Positions 1 to 9,356 of a stretch of DNA of 64,000 nucleotides are shown here, piece after piece. Position 1 is the first letter of the stretch. Each line of letters begins with the position of its first letter. This DNA comes from Deltaproteobacteria bacterium (GTDB lineage Bacteria; Myxococcota_A; Polyangia; Fen-1088). Where the stretch lies: NCBI GenBank assembly GCA_033763315.1, contig JANRKS010000032.1, positions 576,001-640,000 on the forward strand. Reading direction: 5' to 3'. The translations under genes were made by a program, and so were the position numbers. Under the pieces are notes generated by a model. The model ran no database searches. It saw only the letters and a program-made list of their open reading frames with translations, and was not told the DNA's origin.

Positions 1-333
1 CGTAACTTCGACGACAACGCGCGCGAGCGGTTGTCGGACTATTCAGTGCCCTCCTTCACGCCCAACAACTTCCGCTGGGGCGCCTACGGCTTGGTGGGTT
101 ACCGCACACCATTGGCAGGCATCATGCCCTTCGTGTTGGTGGAGCGGGTCACGTTCCCAACGGGCGATCTCCCAAACGCCATGAGCGTGCACTTGGGCCT
201 GAATTACCGGCCGGAGGCGTCTTTGGTGCTCAAGGCCGAAGCGATGTATGCCTGGTTCCCTGGCGCCTTGCAGACCTCGTTCGGCGTGGACAATCTCATC
301 TCTTACGCTCTGCAAGTGGCCTGGGTGTTCTAG
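1..333 (+). CDS. C-terminal part of an outer-membrane beta-barrel (porin-like) protein, truncated by the window start
   Basis: Frame open from position 1. Amphipathic beta-strands (GLNYRPEASLVLKAEAMY) and a terminal strand ending in Phe (YALQVAWVF), typical of a BAM beta-signal. Confidence 0.6.
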   Translation, partial: RNFDDNARERLSDYSVPSFTPNNFRWGAYGLVGYRTPLAGIMPFVLVERVTFPTGDLPNAMSVHLGLNYRPEASLVLKAEAMYAWFPGALQTSFGVDNLISYALQVAWVF

Positions 334-2231
334 TCTGCGTCACCCGCTTCGATGCCGAAGACAGTGCGGTAAAACGCGAGCTCTTCATCGAACACACGGC
401 GAATGGTTTCGGCGCGCCTGAAGCCGTGACCCTCATCTGGGAAGGCCACGTACTTCGTGGTGATGCCTTTGGCCAGCAAGGCTTCATACATCCTCTGCGC
501 CTGAGACGCAGGCACGACCTTATCTTCTAAGCCTTGAAAAAAGATGACGGGGGCCGTGATCGCATGCGCGGCGTGCAGCGGCGATCGCTCCCGATACACC
601 GATGCGGCCGCCGGGTAGGGGCCGATGAGGCCATCAAGGTAACGGGATTCAAACTTGTGCGTGTCACGCGCCAACGCTTCTAGATCAGACACGCCATATA
701 GAGTGGCGCCAGCGCCAAACACATTGTGAAACGCAAGCGCCGACAACACCGTGAATCCACCAGCGCTGCTGCCCCGAATCGCCATGCGCGCTCGATCCAC
801 CCAACCCCGCGCGCTGGCTTGCTGTGCGGCGGCCACACAATCAGCCACGTCAACGACGCCCCACTGGCCTTGGAGTTGCTGCCGAAACGCGCGCCCATAC
901 CCCGTGCTGCCGCGGTAATTGACATCAATCACCGCGAACCCGCGTGAGGTCCAGTAGGCGATGCTGGGATTGAACGCGGGATGGGTTTGCGCCGTGGGAC
1001 CACTGTGTGCCATCACCACCAGGGGCGGCTTCTCGCGCGCGGGGCCTTCGTGCGTGGCACTAAACGGCGGATAGAACAGCGCATGTGCCGCGCCCTTGTC
1101 GTTGGTTGTAAAGTCATACGCCAGGGGTTGCGCCACCGAGTCTTTGATCTCGGGTGTCACTTGCAGTGACGATTTGATCAACGTGTAGCCGCCCGTCAGC
1201 GGCACACGCACAACCGCGTTTGGCACATGGGGCGCAGAGCCGATGGCAACGATGACGTCATCTTGCGCATGCAGATGTGAAAGGGCGGGCAGATCGTTCA
1301 CAAGCACCCGCTGCGAACCATCGGTGCTGTTAAACGCGTAAATCTGCCAGCGACCTGCAGCGGTGCCAGCGGCAACAAGTGTGTGTTCGTTGCACCAACC
1401 CAGCGTTGACATGCCAAACTGCCACTGCGGCAGCGCGAACTCCGTTTGGCCCTGCGTGAGCGCTTGCCTTCCTTTGTGTGGGCTCCATGTGTAGATGTTC
1501 CAGTAACCCTCGGCTTCCCATGCGAAAGCCAACGTCCCCGTGGGTGACCAAGCCGGCCCGAAGACAGAGGCGCTCGCATCGCCCGCGATGTGCGTGGTGG
1601 ACGCGAGCGCCCCGTCGCTGGCCACGTCGCAAAGCCACAGCTCTGCAGCATCCCACGGCATGTGCGGGTGATCCCACGCGAGGTAAGCGAGCTGGTCACC
1701 ATGGGCGCAAAGGCGCGGGCTTGCGAAGAAGCTTCGGCCGCTCGCCAGCACGGCAATTTTACCGGAAGCCAAATCGATCGAAACCAGCGCATTTTCAGGC
1801 TCGCCTTCGCCAACGTGGTTTTCTCCCACCGCCAACAGGCGTTGACGTTTTTCGTCGTACTGGAGATCGGCCAACCGCCAATCGCTGGGCTGTGTGATCG
1901 CACGGCAATGGCCGTCACCGCGTGTGTGGAACACCTGTTCGGAGGCGTCATCGCAAAACCACAGATCATCGCCGTGCACGCAGTAGGCACCGCCGCCGTA
2001 CTCGTGCACGCGTGTGCGCGCTCCAAACGGCGCCGGGATCCAATCGCGTGTGCCGCTTTCGTCGTGTGCCACCACCACCATGCGCCCTTGCTCCCACGGC
2101 CGCCCCTCGACCCAAAACAACCTCTGCCCCTGCGCTTGCGCCGCTGACAAACGAAGCGCGGCGTTGGTGAGCCAGGTGGTGGTGACGGGTGAGGGCCACG
2201 CGCCAAATGGCGCCACGGTTTTGGTGGTCAT
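330..2231 (-). CDS. S9 family peptidase (prolyl oligopeptidase / acylaminoacyl peptidase-like)
   Basis: N-terminal beta-propeller plus alpha/beta hydrolase: GSSAGG nucleophile motif, QGLEDKVV (Asp), DEGHGF (His), NYRGSTGYGR. Confidence 0.93.
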   Translation of the reverse strand: MTTKTVAPFGAWPSPVTTTWLTNAALRLSAAQAQGQRLFWVEGRPWEQGRMVVVAHDESGTRDWIPAPFGARTRVHEYGGGAYCVHGDDLWFCDDASEQVFHTRGDGHCRAITQPSDWRLADLQYDEKRQRLLAVGENHVGEGEPENALVSIDLASGKIAVLASGRSFFASPRLCAHGDQLAYLAWDHPHMPWDAAELWLCDVASDGALASTTHIAGDASASVFGPAWSPTGTLAFAWEAEGYWNIYTWSPHKGRQALTQGQTEFALPQWQFGMSTLGWCNEHTLVAAGTAAGRWQIYAFNSTDGSQRVLVNDLPALSHLHAQDDVIVAIGSAPHVPNAVVRVPLTGGYTLIKSSLQVTPEIKDSVAQPLAYDFTTNDKGAAHALFYPPFSATHEGPAREKPPLVVMAHSGPTAQTHPAFNPSIAYWTSRGFAVIDVNYRGSTGYGRAFRQQLQGQWGVVDVADCVAAAQQASARGWVDRARMAIRGSSAGGFTVLSALAFHNVFGAGATLYGVSDLEALARDTHKFESRYLDGLIGPYPAAASVYRERSPLHAAHAITAPVIFFQGLEDKVVPASQAQRMYEALLAKGITTKYVAFPDEGHGFRRAETIRRVFDEELAFYRTVFGIEAGDAD

Positions 2232-2296
2232 GCACGCAGGTTAACAGGCGCCAGGCGTGCCTTGACAGCGCCGATGGCACAACCCACCCTTTCTTC

Positions 2297-2809
2297 ATGC
2301 TGGCTTATTCGCGTTTGTCACGGTCGTGCGGTGTCTTGCTTGTTTGGGCGGCCGTGGCGGTGGCGTGTGACAACGCAGACGTGCCCGGTTCCGCCACCAC
2401 GCGTTTGGCGTGTGAGGCCTTCAAGCAAACCATGGCGACCCCTGTCACATTCGAGGCCTTCTCGGCAGGGCCAGGGCCCATCCTCACAACGCAAACCACG
2501 CCTTTTGCGGTGACCTTGGCGCCCACCGTGGCCCCGGGGCAGTATTCGGGCCACGCGCAATGGCAGATCAATGCGCCCGGGATCTACGGCATGTACGTGG
2601 ACCAAGCGGCCACTTTTTTACTTCGTGATTCCGCGAAAGCCTTGGTGACGTTCAAGCACCAGCTTGGCTCGCCTCGCTCATGTGAGGCCATTGGCCGCTA
2701 CGCGTTTATGAACCTGGCGGCCGGTGTGTATTCGATCGAGCTTGGCCCCACCGTCTTTCCTTCGGTGCGCTTGCAGTTGGTGCCCACGGCCGCCAACGAC
2801 GACATCTAA
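2297..2809 (+). CDS. hypothetical lipoprotein
   Basis: ATG at 2297 gives a signal peptide with lipobox-like AVAC, then a beta-rich domain. The longer ORF from 2189 overlaps the S9 gene start. Confidence 0.6.
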   Translation: MLAYSRLSRSCGVLLVWAAVAVACDNADVPGSATTRLACEAFKQTMATPVTFEAFSAGPGPILTTQTTPFAVTLAPTVAPGQYSGHAQWQINAPGIYGMYVDQAATFLLRDSAKALVTFKHQLGSPRSCEAIGRYAFMNLAAGVYSIELGPTVFPSVRLQLVPTAANDDI

Positions 2810-2913
2810 AGGGGTTTCGGATCGGGATCAATTTGCGCTGGCTTGCCAACGCTTGCATCGAATTCGAAAACTTTGCGTGTTTGAGGCCCCAGGATCGCTG
2901 GTAGCCTCACCAC

Positions 2914-3792
2914 ATGACAACCACGCGACCTGTTCTTGTTGCCACCGACCTTAGCGATCACGCCAGCCTCGCCTTGCGCATGGCAGACAAGCTGGCGCGT
3001 GAGCAGAACGCGCCGCTTTTCGTGGTGCACGTGTTGCCCGAAATGTATTCGGTGCACGCGCTGTTTCCGCAGTTGAACCTCGATGCTGCATTTTCTTTCG
3101 CGGCGCTGGAAGTGCAGGCCGCCGAGGCGGTTACAAAGCACGTCAACGATCAAACGGGACGAACGATCGAGGAGTACAAGATCTTGCTTGCCCACGGCAC
3201 CCCCGACGCGGGCATTGACGAGCAGGCGCGGCAAGTGAACGCGGGTACGATCGTGGTGGGCGCCAGTGGCCGTGGTGTGGCTCACCTGCTGGGCCGCACT
3301 GTTCGTCGCGTGGTCAGGCATGCGCCTTGCGATGTCTTGGTCGTCCGCAAGGCCGGCCAAAACGGTGTGGTGGTGGGCACCGACTTCTCAGACGCTTCGC
3401 AGCCCGCGATTGTCCGCGCGGCCGAAGAGGCCCAACGGAGGCATGCGAAGGCAGATCTTGTGTACAGCCTTGATTTCATTCCTCCCGGCGTCGCCCTGCC
3501 GGGCGTGGATGTGCCCATGCCCAGCCTTTCGGCGTTGGATCAAGTGCGCGCGCAGATGCAGCAGTTGCTGCAAGAACAAGCCTCAAAGTTTGGCGCCACG
3601 CCTGTTTTGAAAGAAGGCCCGGCCGCGCACAGCCTGGCTGAGGTGGCGCGCGAAAAGGACGCGGGGCTGGTGGTGGTGGGCACGCACGGCCGCACAGGCT
3701 TTGGCCGGTTTGCTTTGGGCAGTGTGGCTGAGACGGTGGTTGAAACCGCCCCGTGTTCAGTCTTGGTTGTGAGAACCACGCCCACCAGCTAA
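2914..3792 (+). CDS. universal stress protein (tandem Usp domains)
   Basis: Two repeats of VLVATDLS/VVVGTDFS; ATP-binding-type motif VVGTHGRTG...LGSVAE...APCSVLVV. Confidence 0.93.
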   Translation: MTTTRPVLVATDLSDHASLALRMADKLAREQNAPLFVVHVLPEMYSVHALFPQLNLDAAFSFAALEVQAAEAVTKHVNDQTGRTIEEYKILLAHGTPDAGIDEQARQVNAGTIVVGASGRGVAHLLGRTVRRVVRHAPCDVLVVRKAGQNGVVVGTDFSDASQPAIVRAAEEAQRRHAKADLVYSLDFIPPGVALPGVDVPMPSLSALDQVRAQMQQLLQEQASKFGATPVLKEGPAAHSLAEVAREKDAGLVVVGTHGRTGFGRFALGSVAETVVETAPCSVLVVRTTPTS

Positions 3793-3801
3793 ACAGGGCG
3801 C

Positions 3802-4716
3802 ATGCCGCGCTCTGCACGCACGCTCATGGTGGTGGATCGCTTCGCGTCGCAGGCCAAAGCGATGCGAAGCGTGTTCGACGAACGCTTTGCGGATCCGCGC
3901 CGCACCAACGGTGACCGGTTTGTATGGGATTACTGGCACGTGCCGGGCCAATACACGGCGCTGCGTACGCCGGCCTATCACTACTTCCCCGCGAAATTGT
4001 ATGAAGCGTTTCACAATCACTTGGTTTGGTGGGGGCGCCGCACGTTGGGGTGTCACGACGTTTCGCCACCCTGGTTGTCTTGTTACGTCGAGGGCTGCCG
4101 CCAAGAGCTGCACGGCGATGTGCCGCACGGACCCTGGGCGTTCGTGTTCTCGTTAACGCCCTGGTTAAAGCGCGTGTTTCGCGGCGGCGAAACCTTGATG
4201 TTGCGCGACGACGTTTTGGATTATTGGCATGGCTTTGCTTCCGACGGAATCGTCGAAGAGCCGCAGGTGCTGCAAGCGGTTGCGCCGCTGTTCAACCGCT
4301 TGGTGGTCTTTGACCCGCGCATCCCGCACGGCGTGCGACGGGTGGAGGGCACCCACGATCCACGGCTGGGGCGGCTTGTAGTGCATGGGTGGTTCGTGCA
4401 ACCACGGCCTTTCATTGAGGGACCGCTGCAGCCTGCCGTCTTAGAAAGACGCATCGATGATCTTTCTGCCGCTATTGAACGGTTGCTGGCAGGCGGCATC
4501 GCCGTGAGCGGCATGATGAGCCTCAAAGTCAATGTCACGGCGAAGGGTGCGGTGGCCAAAGTCGCGGTGCTTTCCGACAACACGCGCGTTCCGGCGGCCT
4601 ACGCTGCGGACCGCGCACGGCTGCTGCGGGCCATAACCGCCACGGTTCGCGCTTGGACCTTCCCCCGGCGTCCGGCGCCCTCGGCCATTACGTTGCCGTT
4701 GGTGTTTGCGAGCTAA
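3802..4716 (+). CDS. 2OG-Fe(II) oxygenase with C-terminal TonB_C/AgmX-like domain
   Basis: HxD (HGD), GGET, NRLVVFD..PHGV and distal Arg (GRLVVHGWF). C-terminal about 90 aa resembles the TonB C-terminal fold (VNVTAKGAV...VRAWTFP...ITLPLVF). Confidence 0.8.
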   Translation: MPRSARTLMVVDRFASQAKAMRSVFDERFADPRRTNGDRFVWDYWHVPGQYTALRTPAYHYFPAKLYEAFHNHLVWWGRRTLGCHDVSPPWLSCYVEGCRQELHGDVPHGPWAFVFSLTPWLKRVFRGGETLMLRDDVLDYWHGFASDGIVEEPQVLQAVAPLFNRLVVFDPRIPHGVRRVEGTHDPRLGRLVVHGWFVQPRPFIEGPLQPAVLERRIDDLSAAIERLLAGGIAVSGMMSLKVNVTAKGAVAKVAVLSDNTRVPAAYAADRARLLRAITATVRAWTFPRRPAPSAITLPLVFAS

Positions 4717-4811
4717 AACACCAGGAAAAGCGCTTTTGATTGGTTTGCACACCCTGGTGTGCCTTGCGCCGGGGCAGCGGCATCACATATTAAGCCCTCC
4801 AGGCACTCATT

Positions 4812-5345
4812 ATGTATCGCGTCACCAGCGGCATTCATATTCACTTCGGTCACCACGTGCGCGGCCACGCCGGCCCGTGCATCTCTCTTCATGGTCACAC
4901 CTGGCTGTTCCAAGTGACCCTGGAATCGAAAGACTTGGACAAGCAGGGCTTCGTTGCCGATTTCGACGTTTTATTCGAGAAAGTGCTGACGCCGTGCCAC
5001 CAGCTTTTGGATCACTCGCTTGCCCTTGGTGAACAAAGTTTCAAAGAAACCGAAGGTCCGTTGGCGCAGATGGGTGAATCGTTGGTCGCTTCACGCATGG
5101 AGATCTGCGGCAATTTAGGCACGCGGCAAGCAGGCCTCGAGGGCGTCCTGGCCGGCGCTCGCAACGTGTGGCCCGGAGGCATCAAGGTGAGCGTGTTTCC
5201 CTTTACGCCCACGTCAGAGCGGTTGGCCGAATGGCTTTACAATGCCACCTCGCAAAGCATGTCAGACGAACGCGTGCGCGTGGCCGTGGCCCGCGTGTAC
5301 GAAACGTTGAACCCCGTGGAAAGCTACGCCGAGTACATTCCGTAG
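4812..5345 (+). CDS. queD: 6-pyruvoyl-tetrahydropterin / 6-carboxytetrahydropterin synthase (QueD/PTPS family)
   Basis: CxxxHGH (CISLHGH), GFVADF, LDH, PTSERLA, VYET; about 50 aa insertion relative to short QueD. Confidence 0.8.
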   Translation: MYRVTSGIHIHFGHHVRGHAGPCISLHGHTWLFQVTLESKDLDKQGFVADFDVLFEKVLTPCHQLLDHSLALGEQSFKETEGPLAQMGESLVASRMEICGNLGTRQAGLEGVLAGARNVWPGGIKVSVFPFTPTSERLAEWLYNATSQSMSDERVRVAVARVYETLNPVESYAEYIP

Positions 5346-5354
5346 CAGGATGAG

Positions 5355-5390
5355 TTGGCCGATTCGTCAGGTGTTTGGCCGATGCGCCAG
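5355..5390 (+). promoter_or_regulatory. tandem direct repeat, candidate AraC/GlxA-type operator
   Basis: TTGGCCGATTCGTCAG (5355) and TTGGCCGATGCGCCAG (5375): 14/16 identical, 20 bp period, about 60 bp upstream of the desaturase ATG. Confidence 0.55.
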
Positions 5391-5448
5391 CTGAGACTGT
5401 TGCGCGGGAAAAGTACGCTGATCTTCAAGTCAAAACTTGGAGATCACC

Positions 5449-6243
5449 ATGCCCACACCGCTTCAAATCCTCGCTGATCCTGTCTCGCTCGCGTTCTTCG
5501 CACTTTACATAACGCTTTTGCTTTGGGAGGCCGTGCGACCGGCGAGGCGTCTTCCTGCCGTCCCAGGTTGGTACGTGCGCGGCGCGGTCGCCACCGTCGG
5601 CTACTTCTTTGTCTCGTCGTACTTGCCGTTGTGGCTGGCGCCCTATCTTGAGCCGCTGCAAATCGTGAATCTGAGTTCACTCGGAACATGGTGGGGCGGC
5701 CTGGTCGCCCTGCTCGCGTACGAATTTCTAGGGTACGCCTGGCACCGGGCGTTCTTGCACGGAACTGACTTCGGCTTTCGGGTCTTCCATCAGTGGCACC
5801 ACAGCGCAGAACGCTTAGACGTCTCGAGTGCCCTGTGGTTCAGCCCCCTTGATATGGTGGGCTGGACGCTGGTGTCAACCGTGGCGCTGGCCGTTCTTGG
5901 TGTCTCGCCGGGGGCCACTGTGGTGTTCATCTTGGCCTCAACGTTTCTGTCTATCTTTCAGCACGCGAACATTCGCACGCCCTTGTGGTTGGGGTATTTA
6001 ATCCAGCGGCCTGAGAACCACGCGCGACATCATGAACGCGGTGTGCATGCGGGCAATTATGCAGATCTTCCCGTGGTCGATTGGATGTTCGGCACCTTCG
6101 TCAACGCATCTGCGTTCCCCGCACACACGGGCTATGGGGAGGGTGCTTCGTCGCGCTTGGTAGACATGTTGCTTTGCAAGGATGTGGCAACCGCGAGCCC
6201 GCCGCGGTCAAGTGCGGCTTTGCTCCAGCGCTTTGCGAAGTGA
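5449..6243 (+). CDS. sterol desaturase / fatty acid hydroxylase family membrane protein
   Basis: His boxes HRAFLH, HQWHHS, FQHAN, HARHH; hydrophobic segments; GGAG RBS before ATG 5449. Confidence 0.9.
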   Translation: MPTPLQILADPVSLAFFALYITLLLWEAVRPARRLPAVPGWYVRGAVATVGYFFVSSYLPLWLAPYLEPLQIVNLSSLGTWWGGLVALLAYEFLGYAWHRAFLHGTDFGFRVFHQWHHSAERLDVSSALWFSPLDMVGWTLVSTVALAVLGVSPGATVVFILASTFLSIFQHANIRTPLWLGYLIQRPENHARHHERGVHAGNYADLPVVDWMFGTFVNASAFPAHTGYGEGASSRLVDMLLCKDVATASPPRSSAALLQRFAK

Positions 6244-7251
6244 TCCGAAACGCCGCCGGTACTCGACGGGTGTCATCCGCACCAGCCGTTTGAACAACCT
6301 TGAGAAGAACGTGACGTCGCCATAGCCAGCGCGTTCCGCGACGAGCGCAAGGGGATCGTCGGTGCTTTCAAGTTGCTTCTTCGCTTCCTCAAGCCGCACC
6401 ATGTGAACGTAAGCGAGCGGCGTCATCCCTGTGGCATCGAGGAAGCGACGCTTGAAGGTGCGTTCGGCGAGGCCACTTAGCCTCACCATGGAGGCGACGG
6501 GGGCCTCCACGCCGGGGCGTTGTCCAATCCACTCCTGACACTTGGCGATCACGAGATCCTTGTTCTGCCGAGCGGAGGCCAGTCGGGCGTATGGCTGTTG
6601 TCCGCGGGAGTGCCAGTCGATGAGGTTCAGCCGCGCCACTTGGTTGGCGGTTTCCAGGTCTGACGCGCGGGCGATGAGATATAGGGCCAGATCAAAATAC
6701 GAGGTGCCGCCACCCGCCATCACGAGGCGTTGCCCCTCGCCGGTGATCACCAGCGCGCGTTCTGGATGAACCTTCACCTTTGGATAACGTTGCGCAAGCG
6801 CATCGCAGAAAGCCCAATGAGTGGTGGCATCGTAGCCATCCAACAAGCCCGCCTCCGCAAGCAACAAGGCGCCTGAGCACGCGGATGCCACCACCGCGCC
6901 TGCTTGGTGTTGCCGTCGCAACCAATCGGCCTCTTGAGTGTATCGGCCAGCCACCGTCACGTTGGGGCTGACGGCCAACTCGGGCACGCAAACGATGTCG
7001 AATGGCTCGTCTGCCAAAGCACGTTGGGGACAGATCACCACGTCGTTGGCCGCCGCAAACGGCTCCTGGCTGGCGGCGAGGATTGTGGGTTGCAGCACCG
7101 CGCGACCTGGCCGGCCCGTGGTCACCAGCCCCCAGTCGCGCCCGGCCGAGGCGAACAGATCGAACATGCCGAACACCACGGAAGCCGATGCGTCCGGGTG
7201 TGCCAGAATCGCCACGCGGGGCGGCTTCACCTTTGCGGCTCTGTTAGACAT
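6208..7251 (-). CDS. GlxA-family transcriptional regulator (DJ-1/PfpI plus AraC HTH)
   Basis: SACSGA..LAEAGLLDG..ATTHW amidase-like domain; C-terminal ERTFKRRF...GYGDVTFFSRLFKR double HTH. Confidence 0.93.
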   Translation of the reverse strand: MSNRAAKVKPPRVAILAHPDASASVVFGMFDLFASAGRDWGLVTTGRPGRAVLQPTILAASQEPFAAANDVVICPQRALADEPFDIVCVPELAVSPNVTVAGRYTQEADWLRRQHQAGAVVASACSGALLLAEAGLLDGYDATTHWAFCDALAQRYPKVKVHPERALVITGEGQRLVMAGGGTSYFDLALYLIARASDLETANQVARLNLIDWHSRGQQPYARLASARQNKDLVIAKCQEWIGQRPGVEAPVASMVRLSGLAERTFKRRFLDATGMTPLAYVHMVRLEEAKKQLESTDDPLALVAERAGYGDVTFFSRLFKRLVRMTPVEYRRRFGSLRKALEQSRT

Positions 7252-7420
7252 CGACCCGAACCGAGAGCTCACCGTCGGCGCTCACCACCACCTTGATGGA
7301 GATGGGCCTACAACAAACGTCACAGTCTTGCACGAACTCTTGTGTGCCGGGCTCGGCTTCATCGACATCGGCCAATTCACACGGCTCGCCGCAATAAGGG
7401 CATTCAATGAGCTCAAGCAT
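7244..7420 (-). CDS. CPXCG-motif cysteine-rich small protein (58 aa; not in the ORF track)
   Basis: Manual translation: MLELIECPYCGEPCELADVDEAEPGTQEFVQDCDVCCRPISIKVVVSADGELSVRVDV*. CPYCG and DCxVCCRP are the Cys_rich_CPXG family signature; its stop overlaps the GlxA ATG. Confidence 0.88.
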   Translation of the reverse strand: MLELIECPYCGEPCELADVDEAEPGTQEFVQDCDVCCRPISIKVVVSADGELSVRVDV

Positions 7421-7447
7421 GGCGTCAGGTTATCAGAGCCGCGGGCG

Positions 7448-7840
7448 TTATCGTTGGTTTGTGGCCGAAGTGTCGTCCGAGCCGCGTAAACCTTCTGGCT
7501 CATAGACACCGAGTACGTTGTTGGCGGTGTGCCACAACTGCAGGGCCGTTTTGTCCTGCATGGGTGGCTCACCCGTCATCGTTAAGATCTTCATGAGCGC
7601 TTCGCGCGCGCGCCGCAACTCGAAGGCAAGCCATGTGACATCAATGCCCGCTTGTGTGGAATCGGCGCGGAACCGTGTTTCGATTTCGCGAATGCGGCGT
7701 TCAGTCAACAGATGACGGCGTGGCGGGCGCCCGGTGCCGTCACAGTCGGTGCAGCCGATCGGACCGTTGAGGCTGCCCACTTCACCGGTTCCTAAACACG
7801 TCAGGCACTTGCCCTGTAATGAGTTCTGTTGCGCTTGCAT
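7448..7840 (-). CDS. hypothetical protein with DnaJ-type CxxCxGxG zinc finger and helical C-terminus
   Basis: CLTCLGTG and CTDCDGTG motifs. Confidence 0.7.
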   Translation of the reverse strand: MQAQQNSLQGKCLTCLGTGEVGSLNGPIGCTDCDGTGRPPRRHLLTERRIREIETRFRADSTQAGIDVTWLAFELRRAREALMKILTMTGEPPMQDKTALQLWHTANNVLGVYEPEGLRGSDDTSATNQR

Positions 7841-7882
7841 GCGTGCATTCTTCCCTTTGCGCCTCGCGAACGCAAATGCGGT

Positions 7883-8788
7883 CTACGTAGGTTCCCAGCC
7901 GGGGCCCCGTGTTTCGAACAGGCCGGCCAACGGTACGGTCGTGATTCCAGCAATGAAAATACGAGAGTCGAACCACGTCACACCGTTTTCGTGATCCACG
8001 GCGTGCGCCAAACCTTGGTTGCGCAAGGTGATTTCAACTTCACCCAGGCGGCTGCGTATAACCAGCTTGCCATTGTCCTCACGCCGCCATCTGGGCCGCA
8101 GGCTCAATACAGTGCGCGGCGTTGCATCTGGTTTGGTGCATGACACATAGCTGCTGGTGATACGAAACCCGAGCGCCGTTTTTACGCGGGATATGGCGCC
8201 CACAAGCTGTGGGGTGGCCTCCTGAGGATACGTTGTGAAGTAAAGGTATTCGGGAAGTGTGCGCCCGTAATGTTGGCTGATGGTTCCTGCGGCGTTGCTG
8301 AGCGTATAGTGACGTGCCTCGCCGTTGCGCGCGGTGAATGAAATGCCGCCGTTGTACACCACGCGCGGGTGATCTTTGGCTGTGATGGCGAATACCCCGA
8401 AAGGATTCAAGGGCGCCACGGCGCACGCGCTTTGCTTTACCGAGAACCCAATGTCGAAATTCAGACCTGTGGCGCTGCGTGTGATGCGATCGCCTGTGGG
8501 CGACAATGACGAGCCTCCGCTGGCCGGCTCATCAATGACCTCGTGGTGTTGCAGCTGTTCGTTCTGCACCACGAAAAGCCGCAGCGTGTTGCCGCGCGGG
8601 CTGCGTATCACGTCCAACATCACGAAGGCCTGCGGGCCCACGGCGATGAAGTGGTAGGTGCACTCGAAAGGCAGACGGGGGTGAACGCGCAGCATGTTGT
8701 GCACAGTAACCGTTTGGCGGGCGCCCGTCGATGGGCGCGCCAAAGCGGTGGTGTCGCGGAACGGCCCGCTTGTGGCTAAGCTAGGCAC
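7883..8788 (-). CDS. hypothetical protein (beta-rich, possibly lipocalin/AttH-like)
   Basis: 301 aa ORF filling the gap with plausible codon use. Start uncertain; fold guess weak. Confidence 0.55.
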   Translation of the reverse strand: MPSLATSGPFRDTTALARPSTGARQTVTVHNMLRVHPRLPFECTYHFIAVGPQAFVMLDVIRSPRGNTLRLFVVQNEQLQHHEVIDEPASGGSSLSPTGDRITRSATGLNFDIGFSVKQSACAVAPLNPFGVFAITAKDHPRVVYNGGISFTARNGEARHYTLSNAAGTISQHYGRTLPEYLYFTTYPQEATPQLVGAISRVKTALGFRITSSYVSCTKPDATPRTVLSLRPRWRREDNGKLVIRSRLGEVEITLRNQGLAHAVDHENGVTWFDSRIFIAGITTVPLAGLFETRGPGWEPT

Positions 8789-8790
8789 AT

Positions 8791-9324
8791 ATGAATGCCT
8801 ATGCCGCGTTTCTTCGTGGGGTCAGCCCGCTGAATTTGAAAATGCCCGTGCTGAAGGCGGCATTGGAGGCGGTCAATTTCGTCAACGTTAAGACGCTGCT
8901 TTCAAGCGGCAACGTGGTGTTTCAAACACGGCTTTCCACAGAGACGACTGTGGAAACCAAAGTGGAGGCAGCGTTGATCGATCACGTGGGGCGGCCGTTT
9001 TATACGATCGCCCGCTCTGTGAACGCACTGCGGGAGATGGTTGCCAGCCAGCCGCACGCGGCCTTTAAGCCTCGGGCTGAAGCCAAGTTGGTGGTGACTT
9101 TCCTGCGAGACAAACCAAAGCAGCGGCCCGTCCTGCCGCTTGAGCGTGATGGCGTTCGCTTGTTGGCGATGACCGATCGCGAAGTGTTTTCAGACTACGT
9201 GGTGGGCCCGGCCGGTCCTGTGTTCATGACGTTGCTCGAAAAGACGTTTGGCAAAAACATCACGACGCGCACGTGGGACACAGTGGCCAAGGTTGTGGCG
9301 GCGGGCGATAAGTTTTGCTCCTGA
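8791..9324 (+). CDS. DUF1697 family protein
   Basis: YAAFLRGV...M..LK...VKTLLSSGNVVF and C-terminal TTRTWDTV. Confidence 0.9.
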   Translation: MNAYAAFLRGVSPLNLKMPVLKAALEAVNFVNVKTLLSSGNVVFQTRLSTETTVETKVEAALIDHVGRPFYTIARSVNALREMVASQPHAAFKPRAEAKLVVTFLRDKPKQRPVLPLERDGVRLLAMTDREVFSDYVVGPAGPVFMTLLEKTFGKNITTRTWDTVAKVVAAGDKFCS

Positions 9325-9356
9325 GTTCCGCGCCCCCTATCCTCGGGGCAGTTTTG

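Noticed and set aside
990-1012. HSGPT instead of HGGP in the S9 peptidase
   Set aside because: A single substitution; the catalytic triad motifs are intact.
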